IMG/VR virus record: IMGVR_UViG_3300032324_000938
Location: 11,399-75,398 of that record
DNA length: 64,000 nucleotides
Source: a virus
Lineage: Duplodnaviria; Caudoviricetes
Strand: one strand, 5' to 3'
The notes beneath the pieces are model-generated. The model saw nothing but the letters and a program-made list of their open reading frames with translations. It was not told the DNA's origin and searched no databases. This document shows positions 1 through 10,153 of the stretch, piece by piece (position 1 is the stretch's first letter; each line of letters begins with the position of its first letter). The position numbers and the translations under genes were made by a program.

Positions 1-369
1 CCATTAATTGAAAAATTGAAAAATAAAAATTTATTAAATGAAGGTGAATATCATATTGGATATAATGATAAAAAAGAATTTATGTTATATGATAAAGACA
101 AAAAAGTTGTATATTTCTATGATTTTGTGATACCAAAATATAATTTAATTATTGAATTTAATGGAACACTTTGGCATCCAAATGGAGATAATTGGAAACC
201 AGCAAACTTTGTTAAGGAAACAAAAGATTCACTTATTCAAAAAGAAGTCAGAAAAATGTTAATTGCTGAACAAAATAATTTCAAAATCCTTAAAATATGG
301 GATGTTGATGATATAGATATTAACATTAACAAATGTTTAGAATTTGTTTTGATTAATCTTAATAATTAA
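1..369 (+). CDS. C-terminal part of a DUF559/Vsr-like PD-(D/E)xK endonuclease, probably a homing endonuclease (5' partial)
   Basis: Frame is open from base 1; motifs YDFVIPKYNLIIEFNGTLWH and KILKIWD. Confidence 0.6.
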   Translation, partial: PLIEKLKNKNLLNEGEYHIGYNDKKEFMLYDKDKKVVYFYDFVIPKYNLIIEFNGTLWHPNGDNWKPANFVKETKDSLIQKEVRKMLIAEQNNFKILKIWDVDDIDININKCLEFVLINLNN

Positions 370-470
370 TTTTGTCTCAAAACTTTTTTTAACTACTCAA
401 ACGGACAGAAAATTTAAAGGACGGGGTTTTTTGAGGAAAAGGATTACCCCAAACCTTTTGGATAGAATTA

Positions 471-1013
471 TTACACAACGTGAATCATCTTATCCAGAAG
501 ATCAAACAGAGACTTCATCTCAGGAGCACTACTAAGAATAGTGTCACGGGCATCATCAGCATTATCAAACTTGAACTTGAATGCCGGGCGACCCTTCTTG
601 GTCTTAGCAGTCTTACGACTGAAACTAGCACTCAACTTGGTTTCATAAGCAAGGTCAGGCAGACGAACCGTATACTCACGGCGGACAGCACAAGGAGCAG
701 CTCCAGCAGTAGCACGGGCAAGCAGAGTTGCGGTAGACCGGTTAACAGTGACACCAGCAACATTGTTAAGAATCCTAACAATAGTGTTATACTCAACACC
801 CTTGGGGAAATAAGTGATAGTAGCAAGAACATACTTCCACCAGCTATAAGGATTACGGGCCTTGGTCATGTTGTTTTGTTCACGGAACAGATTGATAGCC
901 TGAGTCAAGGCAATATCATCATTGAGGTTCTTAACCAACTTGTTAGTCTTAACCTTCTTACCATCAAACTTATAGGTGAAGAACGGGTTATCAATGTTAT
1001 CAGCAGTGTTCAT
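471..1013 (-). CDS. Hypothetical early protein, possibly DNA-binding
   Basis: 180 aa; GC-richer, C-ending codons; own sigma70 promoter; basic KTKKGRPAFKF segment. Confidence 0.75.
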   Translation of the reverse strand: MNTADNIDNPFFTYKFDGKKVKTNKLVKNLNDDIALTQAINLFREQNNMTKARNPYSWWKYVLATITYFPKGVEYNTIVRILNNVAGVTVNRSTATLLARATAGAAPCAVRREYTVRLPDLAYETKLSASFSRKTAKTKKGRPAFKFKFDNADDARDTILSSAPEMKSLFDLLDKMIHVV

Positions 1014-1056
1014 GTTTTTTATTTTTTATGTTTTATGTTTTATTTTCTACTTTTTA

Positions 1057-1085
1057 ACTTTACCAGATGAACTCCTCTCCGTCAA
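1057..1085 (-). promoter_or_regulatory. sigma70-type promoter
   Basis: TTGACG-17nt-TAAAGT with upstream A-tract. Confidence 0.75.
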
Positions 1086-1151
1086 CGTTTTTTTGAAAGT
1101 TTTTTTCAACCTTCAATCAACCGTGTTGGATTCAGAACTCATCATGGATAC

Positions 1152-1180
1152 ATCCTAAACGAACCTGACCACTGCGTCAA
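1152..1180 (-). promoter_or_regulatory. sigma70-type promoter; ATG of a 10-codon ORF (1113-1145, MMSSESNTVD) lies 6 nt downstream
   Basis: TTGACG-17nt-TAGGAT. Confidence 0.65.
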
Positions 1181-1207
1181 CACTTTTTTCAAAATTTTTG
1201 AAAAAGG

Positions 1208-1402
1208 TCAGTTTTCCTCATCTTTTTCATGCTTGAAGGCTACAACCACTCCAATTGCTCCCTCAATCAACTTGTCCAACAAAGCATTCATCGTGGTCAT
1301 TAACAAGAACCAACTCATAAGTAGAAACAACAATACTCCAAGATAGTTTGACCAATGTTCCAACATGAATTTAATAAGATCAACTGTATTAATAATAATC
1401 AT
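1208..1402 (-). CDS. Small membrane protein
   Basis: 64 aa with a hydrophobic segment; promoter TTGACA-17-TAGTAT (1409-1437) ends 6 nt before the ATG. Confidence 0.65.
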   Translation of the reverse strand: MIIINTVDLIKFMLEHWSNYLGVLLFLLMSWFLLMTTMNALLDKLIEGAIGVVVAFKHEKDEEN

Positions 1403-1449
1403 GTAAACATACTAACTGACACACTCTGATTTGTCAAACGGTAACTTAT

Positions 1450-2460
1450 TTATAAGATTTTATTTATTATTTCACCAACTTTATTAAACCAAATTTCATT
1501 TCCTCTTTGTATATTTGGAATCTTACTCAAATCAATTTTCTTACTCCACTCAGCATAACCATGAAATTTAGCATCATTTACATTACAATATTGTTCATAA
1601 TGATTTTCCATCGGTATCATCAATAACGGTTTTTTCTGTAATATTGCTTCACTAGCAGTTTCAAATCCACCACTACAAACTACTGCTTTACATACTTTCA
1701 TCTTTTCTTGAAATAGTTTACCGTCCAAATTATTTAATGTTAAATTGGATGGACATTCAAACTTCTTGGTTAATTTGGTAAAACATTGTATTTTTATATT
1801 TGGATTGTATACTGCTTGTACTATCAAATTTGGAACCATATCTTCATGCATCAAATATACCAATACAAAGTCTTCTGTATTATTATTGAATGTATAACTT
1901 TCTTTTCTTAGTATTGGTGGACATGGTATTAAATTATCATCTTCAAATTCATAAAAACTCAAGGCTAACTTGGTTGCTTTTATGCTTGTGATCCAATTGA
2001 TTAATTTTATAAACATTTTTTGTATATAAAACCCTTTAATTTTTGGATATACATCAGCATCCATTGCGTATTGATGTGCAACACTGATATATTTTATTTT
2101 GGGGAAAAACAAAGCGGTTAAACCTATCAGTGGTTCATAAAAATTGAATATGACATCTGGTTTTTCTTTTTTGATGATGTAACATATTTTGATGAATGAA
2201 TAGATTAAACGGGGTAATTTTATCCAATTTTTTAATATTGTTCTGTATATAATAACTTTACCTTTGTTATTGAATACAAAATCAAATCCGTCAAATTCAA
2301 TTATATTAAATTCATCTTTAAAAAAATTAGAAAAACCTTTTTCTTTTTTCGCAGCAAAAACACCAATAATATCATGTTTTTCACTTAAACGCTGTTTCAT
2401 TGAAATTGCTTGTACGGTATGACCGTTTCCTTCAGTACAAACACCAAATAATATCTTCAT
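1450..2460 (-). CDS. GT-B glycosyltransferase (MJ1255/VC2487-like)
   Basis: N-terminal GVCTEGNGH; C-terminal VVCSGGFETASEA...P...HYEQ..N. Confidence 0.8.
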   Translation of the reverse strand: MKILFGVCTEGNGHTVQAISMKQRLSEKHDIIGVFAAKKEKGFSNFFKDEFNIIEFDGFDFVFNNKGKVIIYRTILKNWIKLPRLIYSFIKICYIIKKEKPDVIFNFYEPLIGLTALFFPKIKYISVAHQYAMDADVYPKIKGFYIQKMFIKLINWITSIKATKLALSFYEFEDDNLIPCPPILRKESYTFNNNTEDFVLVYLMHEDMVPNLIVQAVYNPNIKIQCFTKLTKKFECPSNLTLNNLDGKLFQEKMKVCKAVVCSGGFETASEAILQKKPLLMIPMENHYEQYCNVNDAKFHGYAEWSKKIDLSKIPNIQRGNEIWFNKVGEIINKIL

Positions 2461-3167
2461 AGTTTAATTAATTTAATTTCCCCATCCAATGTTTCAATTA
2501 TATACGATGTATTTTCCCCAACAATAAAACTACCACAATTATAATAATTTATACCATCAATAACAGTACACTCTGGTTTATGTATATGACCGCAAAGAAT
2601 ACTGTCATGATTACTGTTTTTACAATAATTTACAACAGTTTGTTCATAGTTGCTAATATACTTAACTGCTTCTTTTGCTTTTTGTTTCAAGAAATTACTA
2701 AAACTAAACTTAAATACTCTAAATAACTTATTTACCGCCAAACTATAATCATATATAACAGAACCAATATGTTGTATCCACTTGTTTTTAGTCACTATAC
2801 CATCAAATTGATCCCCGTGAATAATCAATATCTTTTCATTGTTTAATGTAACATGACTGGTTTCTCTTACAACCTGTACATTGTCACCAAAGTATATACC
2901 AGTAAATGGTTCTATAAAATCATCATGATTTCCCCACACATAATATACTTGCGTACCTTTTCTGCTCATACGCAATATCTTTTGTAATATTGTATTGTAG
3001 TTACTATTCCACTTGAATTTTCTACTCAATATCCAACCATCTATAAAGTCACCCACAATGTATAAATATTCACATTCTATCTCACTCAATAACTTCAATA
3101 ATTTTTCATGGTTACAATAATCACTACCTATATGACAATCACTTATAAATAATGCTCTTACTTTCAT
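2457..3167 (-). CDS. Calcineurin-like metallophosphoesterase, UDP-2,3-diacylglucosamine hydrolase (LpxH-like)
   Basis: SDCHIG, GDFID, GNHDD, HGDQFD, GHIH and NCGSF motifs. Confidence 0.85.
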   Translation of the reverse strand: MKVRALFISDCHIGSDYCNHEKLLKLLSEIECEYLYIVGDFIDGWILSRKFKWNSNYNTILQKILRMSRKGTQVYYVWGNHDDFIEPFTGIYFGDNVQVVRETSHVTLNNEKILIIHGDQFDGIVTKNKWIQHIGSVIYDYSLAVNKLFRVFKFSFSNFLKQKAKEAVKYISNYEQTVVNYCKNSNHDSILCGHIHKPECTVIDGINYYNCGSFIVGENTSYIIETLDGEIKLIKL

Positions 3168-3218
3168 TTATATAAGTATCAAATAGTATGTTACAGATTT
3201 GAAACACTGTAACTTATT

Positions 3219-4076
3219 CTATATACCAAAATCATTTACATATGGATATGACCGTTTCAATTCTTCCATAACTTTTTCACTGGTACCATGTTCTTTTAGA
3301 AGTTTATTTACAAATGGTGTATTTCTAATATTTAGATAATTACTACACCTGATGTCTGTAGGAATTGATTCAATTGTACTGTTTATTAATATCAAATTAT
3401 CAATTTCACAGTTATTACCAATTGATTTTAAATGCTTACAATTAGATGCTTTTAGATACTTTATTTTGACATTATCTGGTATGCGTTCAACTGGTGTATC
3501 AATTATATTAAGAGTACCGCAGGTAAATTTAGCTGGTAATATTCTGAATTTAACCGCAGATAATAAATTAATAGTTTCTATATAATGTTTAAACAATGGC
3601 AATTCAGTTATATATGCTGCACTATCAAGATTGAGTCTATCACATTCAATATCATCTGGTATAACTCTTATACCACTTGAAGCCGCCTCAACTATTTTAA
3701 CTTTTAATCCTTTTGGCAATTGATGTAGTTTATAACATCCAACAACACTTAAGATATCATAATGTCCTATAGTTAGATTATCTGGTAGTTTTGTTACATT
3801 TGAATTATTTAACAGTAAGTTACTTGGTGTATGTTTTAATTTATCTGGTACAACAAAATCTCCATTATATTGCAATGTACCATATTCATATCCATTATCA
3901 TCTATATCTTTTGGTGATAATGTCAATGACATATTGTAACGCTTAACAATAAAATCATCAACAATAGCATTTACTTCTTTTTGTGTGATATTATTGTATT
4001 TAGTTTGACGGTCTTCAATTCTTCTGGGAATAAAGATATCATCATTTTCTAATAGTAAATCTTTTAGTTTAATCAT
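3219..4076 (-). CDS. LRR protein (LPDNL-type repeats) with MIKLKDLLLE leader
   Basis: Repeats such as VTKLPDNL, LHQLPKGL, IESIPTDI; paralogue of 5084-5977. Confidence 0.75.
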   Translation of the reverse strand: MIKLKDLLLENDDIFIPRRIEDRQTKYNNITQKEVNAIVDDFIVKRYNMSLTLSPKDIDDNGYEYGTLQYNGDFVVPDKLKHTPSNLLLNNSNVTKLPDNLTIGHYDILSVVGCYKLHQLPKGLKVKIVEAASSGIRVIPDDIECDRLNLDSAAYITELPLFKHYIETINLLSAVKFRILPAKFTCGTLNIIDTPVERIPDNVKIKYLKASNCKHLKSIGNNCEIDNLILINSTIESIPTDIRCSNYLNIRNTPFVNKLLKEHGTSEKVMEELKRSYPYVNDFGI

Positions 4077-4603
4077 ACCCCCACCATTCCTTTTACATCA
4101 GATACTGATCTAACTTGTTTTTCTGTAAATTTAACTGGATTTCGATAACAAAAAAAATGTCCGTTAACAGTCTTAGGCGCACCTTCTAATGATGTTAATT
4201 TATTATCAGTACAATAAAAATTTTCATTAATCACGGTTTCCTTCAATCCTTTTAGTGATGTTAAGTTATTATAATGACAATAAAAAGTTCCATCAACATA
4301 CTTAGGCGCATTAATTAATGATGTTAACTTATTGTCACTACAATCAAAAGTTCCATCAACAGTTTTAGGACAATTTTCTAATGATGTTAAATTATTATTA
4401 AAACAAAAAAAATTACCGCCAACAGTTATATCTTTTAATATCTCAGGTAACACAGTTAATTTCAAGTCACTTAAATTTAAGCTACCTTTATTACCATTAC
4501 GAATATAGTTTTTAATCATACGCTCAATTCTATCCTCTATTCTTCTTGGAATGAAAATACTTGGCGGCTTACCTTCTAATAGTAAATCTTTTAATTTAAT
4601 CAT
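4073..4603 (-). CDS. 21-aa LRR protein with MIKLKD leader (5 FxC modules)
   Basis: LTSLxxxPxxVxGxFxCxxN repeats; start moved to the ATGA overlap at 4600-4603. Confidence 0.8.
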   Translation of the reverse strand: MIKLKDLLLEGKPPSIFIPRRIEDRIERMIKNYIRNGNKGSLNLSDLKLTVLPEILKDITVGGNFFCFNNNLTSLENCPKTVDGTFDCSDNKLTSLINAPKYVDGTFYCHYNNLTSLKGLKETVINENFYCTDNKLTSLEGAPKTVNGHFFCYRNPVKFTEKQVRSVSDVKGMVGV

Positions 4604-5079
4604 AAAAAGTCCATCCAACGATAAATTTTTATTTTTCCACGAATATCACAAATAGACCTAAAGAAATCTACTGTAAATTCCTTTGGAAATTTACGAGTGC
4701 CACCAAGGTAATGTCCTACTTCTAAATCTCCACCAATTTTTTTAGGAAAATATGTAAAATCAACCAATTTATGATTGGATGAAATTTGCAAATTGCCATG
4801 TATTATCTTTGGTATTCCTTGTAATGATATTAATTCTTTACAACCTGATACACCATAATTCTTACCAACAATTTCAGGTCCACCAACAAGATTTTTAAGT
4901 TTTTCATTGTAACTAAAATACACACTTTCACCAATTATTCTTGGACAATTCTTTAATGATGATATACGGTTGTCACTTACACTGAAATATCCATCAATTT
5001 TATCAACTGTAGATAAAATCTCAGGCAATTCTTTCAAATGCAAACGGTCTAAATCAAGATTTCCTTCTATTATTTTCAT
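4600..5079 (-). CDS. 21-aa LRR-like protein without leader
   Basis: ISSLKNCPRIIG, LKNLVGGPEIVG, LISLQGIPKII repeats. Confidence 0.75.
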   Translation of the reverse strand: MKIIEGNLDLDRLHLKELPEILSTVDKIDGYFSVSDNRISSLKNCPRIIGESVYFSYNEKLKNLVGGPEIVGKNYGVSGCKELISLQGIPKIIHGNLQISSNHKLVDFTYFPKKIGGDLEVGHYLGGTRKFPKEFTVDFFRSICDIRGKIKIYRWMDFL

Positions 5080-5083
5080 TTGT

Positions 5084-5977
5084 TTAACCAAGTTGGAATT
5101 CTTTTACATTAGGGTACATTATCTTCAATGCCTTTAAAACTTTTGGTTTAGTTTTATATTTATTAAATAAATTTATTCTTAATGGTGTATTTATGTATGT
5201 AAGGTTTAGTAAATCTGCTTTAATATCAGTTGGTAATGTAGTAAAACTAGGACAACTATAACCAATAAATAAACGCTCAATTGTACAATTTGAACCAATT
5301 GATGTAAATTTTTCACATTCATTAACAGTAAGTTCTTTTATGTTTACATTATTAGGAACTGATACAAATGATTTACTTTCTTGAATTAATATTTTACCGG
5401 CGGTAAATCCAACTGGTAATGTTTTGAAAAATCTACAACCTTCCAAATCTATATTCATAAAATGTTTGAACAATGGCAATTGTTTTAATACTCTTGTATG
5501 TTGTAAATTCAAGTAAATACATTGTAGGTCATCAGGTATTTCAATTAAACCACTATTATAAGCATCAATTCTAGCAACTTTTAAACCTTTTGGTAATGCT
5601 TTTAATTTTTTACAATAAGAAACATCCAACTGACTATAAGTATCACCAATAAAAGTTAAATTGTCTGGTAATTTAGTTACATTACTATTTTCTAAATTAA
5701 ATGAACCATTTACTTTTTTTAATGTATCTGGTATTATAAAATCTCCCATTAAACTTAATTCACTGGTCTCATACTCATCCCAATAATCACCATCAGCACC
5801 AGAACCATTAGATAAATCCAAATCACCTTTATTTTTGCTAGCGTTATAATCATCAACAATTTTATTCACCTCTTTTTGGGTCATTTGATTATATCTAACC
5901 TTTCTATCTTCAATCTTTCTGGGAACAAAGATATTAGGCGTTTCATTTTCTAACAATAAATCTTTAAGCTTAATCAT
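5084..5977 (-). CDS. LRR protein (LPDNL-type) with MIKLKDLLLE leader
   Basis: Paralogue of 3219-4076; C-terminal YPNVKEFQL matches YPYVNDFGI. Confidence 0.75.
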   Translation of the reverse strand: MIKLKDLLLENETPNIFVPRKIEDRKVRYNQMTQKEVNKIVDDYNASKNKGDLDLSNGSGADGDYWDEYETSELSLMGDFIIPDTLKKVNGSFNLENSNVTKLPDNLTFIGDTYSQLDVSYCKKLKALPKGLKVARIDAYNSGLIEIPDDLQCIYLNLQHTRVLKQLPLFKHFMNIDLEGCRFFKTLPVGFTAGKILIQESKSFVSVPNNVNIKELTVNECEKFTSIGSNCTIERLFIGYSCPSFTTLPTDIKADLLNLTYINTPLRINLFNKYKTKPKVLKALKIMYPNVKEFQLG

Positions 5978-6489
5978 ACAACTACATTACCTTTCACATT
6001 ACACACTGCTCTAACTTGTTCTTTTGTAAATTTAACCGTGTTGTTTTTAAAATAAAAATCACCATTAACTGTTTTTGGTATATATTCTAGTGAAGTTAAT
6101 TTATTGTTACTGCAGTTAAACTCACCGTTAATAAATTCAGGCGCACCTTTAAATGATTCTAATTCAATATTCTGACAATAAAAATTTCCGTATACAATTT
6201 TAGGTGAATTTTCTAAAGTTTTTAATATATTCTTGCTTTGATTATCAATGTCAAGAATAGTATTATCCTGATTTGAACAATCAAAATAACCGTTGACAGT
6301 AATACCTTTTAATATTGGAGGCAATTCTCTTAATCCAAATGAACTAAAATCTAAATTACCGTAATTACCGTCATTAATATATTGTCTTATAAGATTATTA
6401 ATAAAACGACCATTTCTATCTTCTATTCTTCTAGGAATAAAGATATTTGGTGCTTCATTTTCTAATAGTAAATCTTTCAACTTAATCAT
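5974..6489 (-). CDS. 21-aa LRR protein with MIKLKD leader (4 modules)
   Basis: Leader IFIPRRIEDR; C-cap FTKEQVRAVCNVKG. Confidence 0.8.
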   Translation of the reverse strand: MIKLKDLLLENEAPNIFIPRRIEDRNGRFINNLIRQYINDGNYGNLDFSSFGLRELPPILKGITVNGYFDCSNQDNTILDIDNQSKNILKTLENSPKIVYGNFYCQNIELESFKGAPEFINGEFNCSNNKLTSLEYIPKTVNGDFYFKNNTVKFTKEQVRAVCNVKGNVVV

Positions 6490-6493
6490 AGTA

Positions 6494-7225
6494 TCAAATA
6501 CCAATGATTTTACGGAATTTGGTTATTTCTGTTCCACTCATTACTTTATCATTGCCGTCATAACAACTGTGTACTTTACCATTCTTGTCAACCAATAATG
6601 CTGTTACAACCATTGCTGCACCTCTTGCTGGAAATGCTGCTTTTGCCAACTCAATCATTGCTTCATCTTTGATTCTTATATAATAAAAAGTAATTTGTTG
6701 CTTGAAATAATAATCATTGAAATGATCAGGCGCCTTATATGTTGTACACCACGCACTATCTTTACCACCACCTTCACAATCTCTGTACTGGAACTTACTC
6801 AATCCCAAATATCTACTAGCCTCATGCGTATGTGGTACAGCAATAAGTAATTTATCAGTATCCATTATAACTTCATAATCATCACGCAATTCACTCTTGC
6901 TTTCACTACCAGCCGCATTCAATTCATCAACTTCCTTCTTCAAATCAGCAAATGATGGAAATTGATAGATATCTTTTGTCTTAGCCTTACCGTTTTTTAC
7001 AAATGCGTCATATTCTTCTATCTTGTTTCTTAATTCATCAATGTCTGTAACAGTCTTAGCAATCCATTGTTTTGCCATCCACCCCATATATTTCTTGGTT
7101 TGTGATGGGTCAATAGTTTGTAATTGTTCAAATTCCTCTGGAGTTAATTTACCTTGAACAACTAGTTCTTTAGCAACTTTTCTATTTTCTTGTAAAATTG
7201 ATGGATAAAAATCAGTGTATTTCAT
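6494..7225 (-). CDS. Conserved large-phage hypothetical protein (KDIYQ / PHTHEAS / WCTT motifs)
   Basis: Start MKYTDFYPSILQE follows a TATTTATA motif. Confidence 0.7.
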   Translation of the reverse strand: MKYTDFYPSILQENRKVAKELVVQGKLTPEEFEQLQTIDPSQTKKYMGWMAKQWIAKTVTDIDELRNKIEEYDAFVKNGKAKTKDIYQFPSFADLKKEVDELNAAGSESKSELRDDYEVIMDTDKLLIAVPHTHEASRYLGLSKFQYRDCEGGGKDSAWCTTYKAPDHFNDYYFKQQITFYYIRIKDEAMIELAKAAFPARGAAMVVTALLVDKNGKVHSCYDGNDKVMSGTEITKFRKIIGI

Positions 7226-7270
7226 ATTCTTATAAATATGAATCACTATAGTAAAGTTATTAACTATTTG

Positions 7271-7963
7271 TTAATAGTAAATTGTACCGCCTACATCACA
7301 TACCGCTTCAATTTGTTTTCTATTAAACTTAACTTTACACTTATGACAAGAAAAATCACCAGTAACTTTTTTAGGAATACCTTCCAATGACTCTAATTCA
7401 GGATTATTACTAATATCAAACTCTCCATAAACAACTTCAGGAGCTCCAATTAATGATCTAATTTTATTAGATCTACATCTAAAAACACTATAACCAAGTC
7501 CAACTCTTTCAGGTCCACCTTCCAATGTTATTAAATTATTGTTACTGCAAAGAAAATTTCCACGAATAATTCTAGGAGCACCATCTAAAGAAACAAGTTT
7601 ATTACCACTACAGTTATAATTTCCTCCTACTTCTATAGGTCCACCTTCTAGTGTTGATAACTTGTTACGACTACAATCAAATTCTCCTCCTACTTGTTGT
7701 GAACATCCTTGTAATGATGTTAATTGATTATGATAACAATCAAAGTCACTACCAACAACTTTAGGCGCACCAATCAATGATGTTAACTTATTTTTAAATA
7801 TCTCAAACTTGCCTCCAACACTAATAGGACAATTATTTAATGATGTCAATTTATTGTTACTTAAATAAAGATAACCATTAACAGCGACACCATTTAATAT
7901 GTCAGGTATATCTTTTAAATAAAGACTTTCTAAACTTACATCACCTTCTATTACTTTAGCCAT
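7271..7963 (-). CDS. 21-aa LRR protein without leader (9 modules)
   Basis: Repeats; C-cap FNRKQIEAVCDVGG; TATTTATA upstream. Confidence 0.8.
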   Translation of the reverse strand: MAKVIEGDVSLESLYLKDIPDILNGVAVNGYLYLSNNKLTSLNNCPISVGGKFEIFKNKLTSLIGAPKVVGSDFDCYHNQLTSLQGCSQQVGGEFDCSRNKLSTLEGGPIEVGGNYNCSGNKLVSLDGAPRIIRGNFLCSNNNLITLEGGPERVGLGYSVFRCRSNKIRSLIGAPEVVYGEFDISNNPELESLEGIPKKVTGDFSCHKCKVKFNRKQIEAVCDVGGTIYY

Positions 7964-7988
7964 ATATATCTTTATAAATATATGGTAA

Positions 7989-8744
7989 TTATACTAACTT
8001 GTCACTTTTAATTATGTTATCTTTAGCCCACAATGGTTGTAGATTGGTATAGTGACAAGCTTCAAGTAATTGTTTTCTATCTGTTAAGTCAAAACTGGAT
8101 AATGGCTTTATATGGTCAATATGCCAACCATCAGTTGTCCAGTTATCCCAAGTCATACCTGGCTGGAATTTAGATTCAATATATGATTTAAGTTCTTCTA
8201 CACTACAACCTAAGTCTTTTACAGCACTACCAGCTTTATAATTACCTTTGATTGCAGAATTTAATCTATTTCTTAAATTACAAGATAATTTATACTGTAT
8301 ATCCGTTTTCTTTTTATTTTTAAAATATAAATTTTTTTTATCTTTATTTAAACTTCTATAAATTTTTTCTCTTAATTTTATTTTATCTTTATTAATTTTA
8401 TACCACGCTTCATTATAAATTTTTTTTCCTTTTTTGATTTTATCTTTATTAAGTTTGCGGTATTCTTTACCGTAAGCGTTCTTTTTTTCTTTATTTATTT
8501 GATAATAATCATTCGCTTTAATTATTAATTTATTTTTATTAGATTGATAATAAAGTTTATTATATGATTTTTGTCTTTCCTTTGGTTCTGTAATATCTCT
8601 CCAATCTTTCTGCATTGAGTCGTTCTTTATTTCGTTCGTAGAAATGACTTCTTCGTTTACGCCATTGTTCTCTAATTTCGTCTTCTGTTCTGTTGAGTTT
8701 TTTTCTTCCCATATAAAGTAGTCGTGTTGTATATTCTCTATCAT
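7989..8744 (-). CDS. HNH endonuclease
   Basis: WHIDHIKPLSSFDL...HYTNLQPLWAKDNIIKSDK; basic helical N-terminal repeats. Confidence 0.85.
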   Translation of the reverse strand: MIENIQHDYFIWEEKNSTEQKTKLENNGVNEEVISTNEIKNDSMQKDWRDITEPKERQKSYNKLYYQSNKNKLIIKANDYYQINKEKKNAYGKEYRKLNKDKIKKGKKIYNEAWYKINKDKIKLREKIYRSLNKDKKNLYFKNKKKTDIQYKLSCNLRNRLNSAIKGNYKAGSAVKDLGCSVEELKSYIESKFQPGMTWDNWTTDGWHIDHIKPLSSFDLTDRKQLLEACHYTNLQPLWAKDNIIKSDKLV

Positions 8745-8811
8745 AAATATTCCTTTGTCAATTAATATATATTAAGTGACGGAATAAAAAGTGATAGAAA
8801 ATTAATAATAA

Positions 8812-9549
8812 TTAACCAACTGCCAATTCCCTATCTTTCTTCTGCTTACCGTAACCGCCGATTCCCAGTTTACGCAACTTGCTAAGTGCCTTAGAAGCTT
8901 CACTGCCTTTAGGTTGGGTATTATGAATCAACAAACAAAAAGATTCATCACGCATATAAGCACTAGTATCATCGTGGTCAATTTTAAGATTACCAGCTTG
9001 TTCAACCGAAAATACCACTTTTGCATACTTAAGATTATACTGTTCAATCAAATTATCTTGCTTGCCACCGTAACTAGCATTCAACTTAAAGTTACTAGGA
9101 ATGTTACCAAGCTGGTTAACCCAATAACCAATGCTCTTGGTATAGGCGTAAAAGATAATATCAGTACGCTTTTTAGCCACTTCCATCCAAGCATTGAAAT
9201 AGGCTTGACTAAAGAAATCACCGGCAACATGAACACGAATAACAGTAGCTTTCTTGGGAATACTATTAAGAATCAGTTCAACCAAGGTATTATTCTTGAT
9301 AGCATTCAGAATCTTTTCAAAGTTATCCCACCGGCTTTTACGCACCGCAGGAAACAAAGCTTCTTGAGAAGCACTAAAGCACCTAAATTGGGTATCAGGT
9401 CCATCCGTCAACTTGCCGGTCAAACGGTCAACCTTGGCCAAACAATCCTTGGCGAAGGGACAGGTGTAACCAGAAACGATGGAAAAAGTATAAATCAGCT
9501 TCCCCAATTTGGCGTTGCCCTTCTGGAAGGAAAGCAGTTCATTAACCAT
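8812..9549 (-). CDS. GP88-family protein (radical-SAM-like phage protein)
   Basis: TCPFAKDC...CF, IRVHVAGDFFSQAY, FYAYTK; own promoter TTGACG-17-TAAAGT at 9556-9584. Confidence 0.75.
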   Translation of the reverse strand: MVNELLSFQKGNAKLGKLIYTFSIVSGYTCPFAKDCLAKVDRLTGKLTDGPDTQFRCFSASQEALFPAVRKSRWDNFEKILNAIKNNTLVELILNSIPKKATVIRVHVAGDFFSQAYFNAWMEVAKKRTDIIFYAYTKSIGYWVNQLGNIPSNFKLNASYGGKQDNLIEQYNLKYAKVVFSVEQAGNLKIDHDDTSAYMRDESFCLLIHNTQPKGSEASKALSKLRKLGIGGYGKQKKDRELAVG

Positions 9550-9592
9550 GCAAAGACTTTACACCACGGAACCGCATCCGTCAAAACTTTTT

Positions 9593-10153
9593 TTAAATTT
9601 TTTTCAGGCGGGGTAATTTTTTGGGTAAAGCTAACACTTCACCTTTAACATCACACACTGCTCTTACTTGTTCTTCTGTAAAATTACCAGGATTGTCATT
9701 ACAAACAAAAATTCCACCAACATATTTAGGAACACCAGTTAATGTTGTTAATTTATTATAACCACAATAAAAGTCACCACCAACAGTTTCAGGCGCACCT
9801 TCTAGTGATGTTAACAAATTGTAACTACAATAAAAGTCACCACCAACAGTCTTAGGAGCACCAACCAATGAGGTTAATTCATTGCCACTAGAATAAAAAT
9901 CACCATCAACACTCTTAGGGGCATTTTCTAATGTAGTTAAATTATTAACAGAACAATTAAAAGGTCCACCAACATTAACATTTTTCAATATGTCTGGTAA
10001 TTTATTTAAGTTCATTTGTCTTAAATTTAAATAACCTTTGCTACCGTTACGAATATAAAGATTAATCAAACGCTCAACTCTATCTTCCATTCTTCTAGGA
10101 ACAAAAATAGTTGGCGGTTTTCCTTCTGTTAATAAATCTTTTAATTTAATCAT
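9593..10153 (-). CDS. 21-aa LRR protein with MIKLKD leader (5 modules)
   Basis: Repeats plus C-cap FTEEQVRAVCDVKG. Confidence 0.85.
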   Translation of the reverse strand: MIKLKDLLTEGKPPTIFVPRRMEDRVERLINLYIRNGSKGYLNLRQMNLNKLPDILKNVNVGGPFNCSVNNLTTLENAPKSVDGDFYSSGNELTSLVGAPKTVGGDFYCSYNLLTSLEGAPETVGGDFYCGYNKLTTLTGVPKYVGGIFVCNDNPGNFTEEQVRAVCDVKGEVLALPKKLPRLKKI

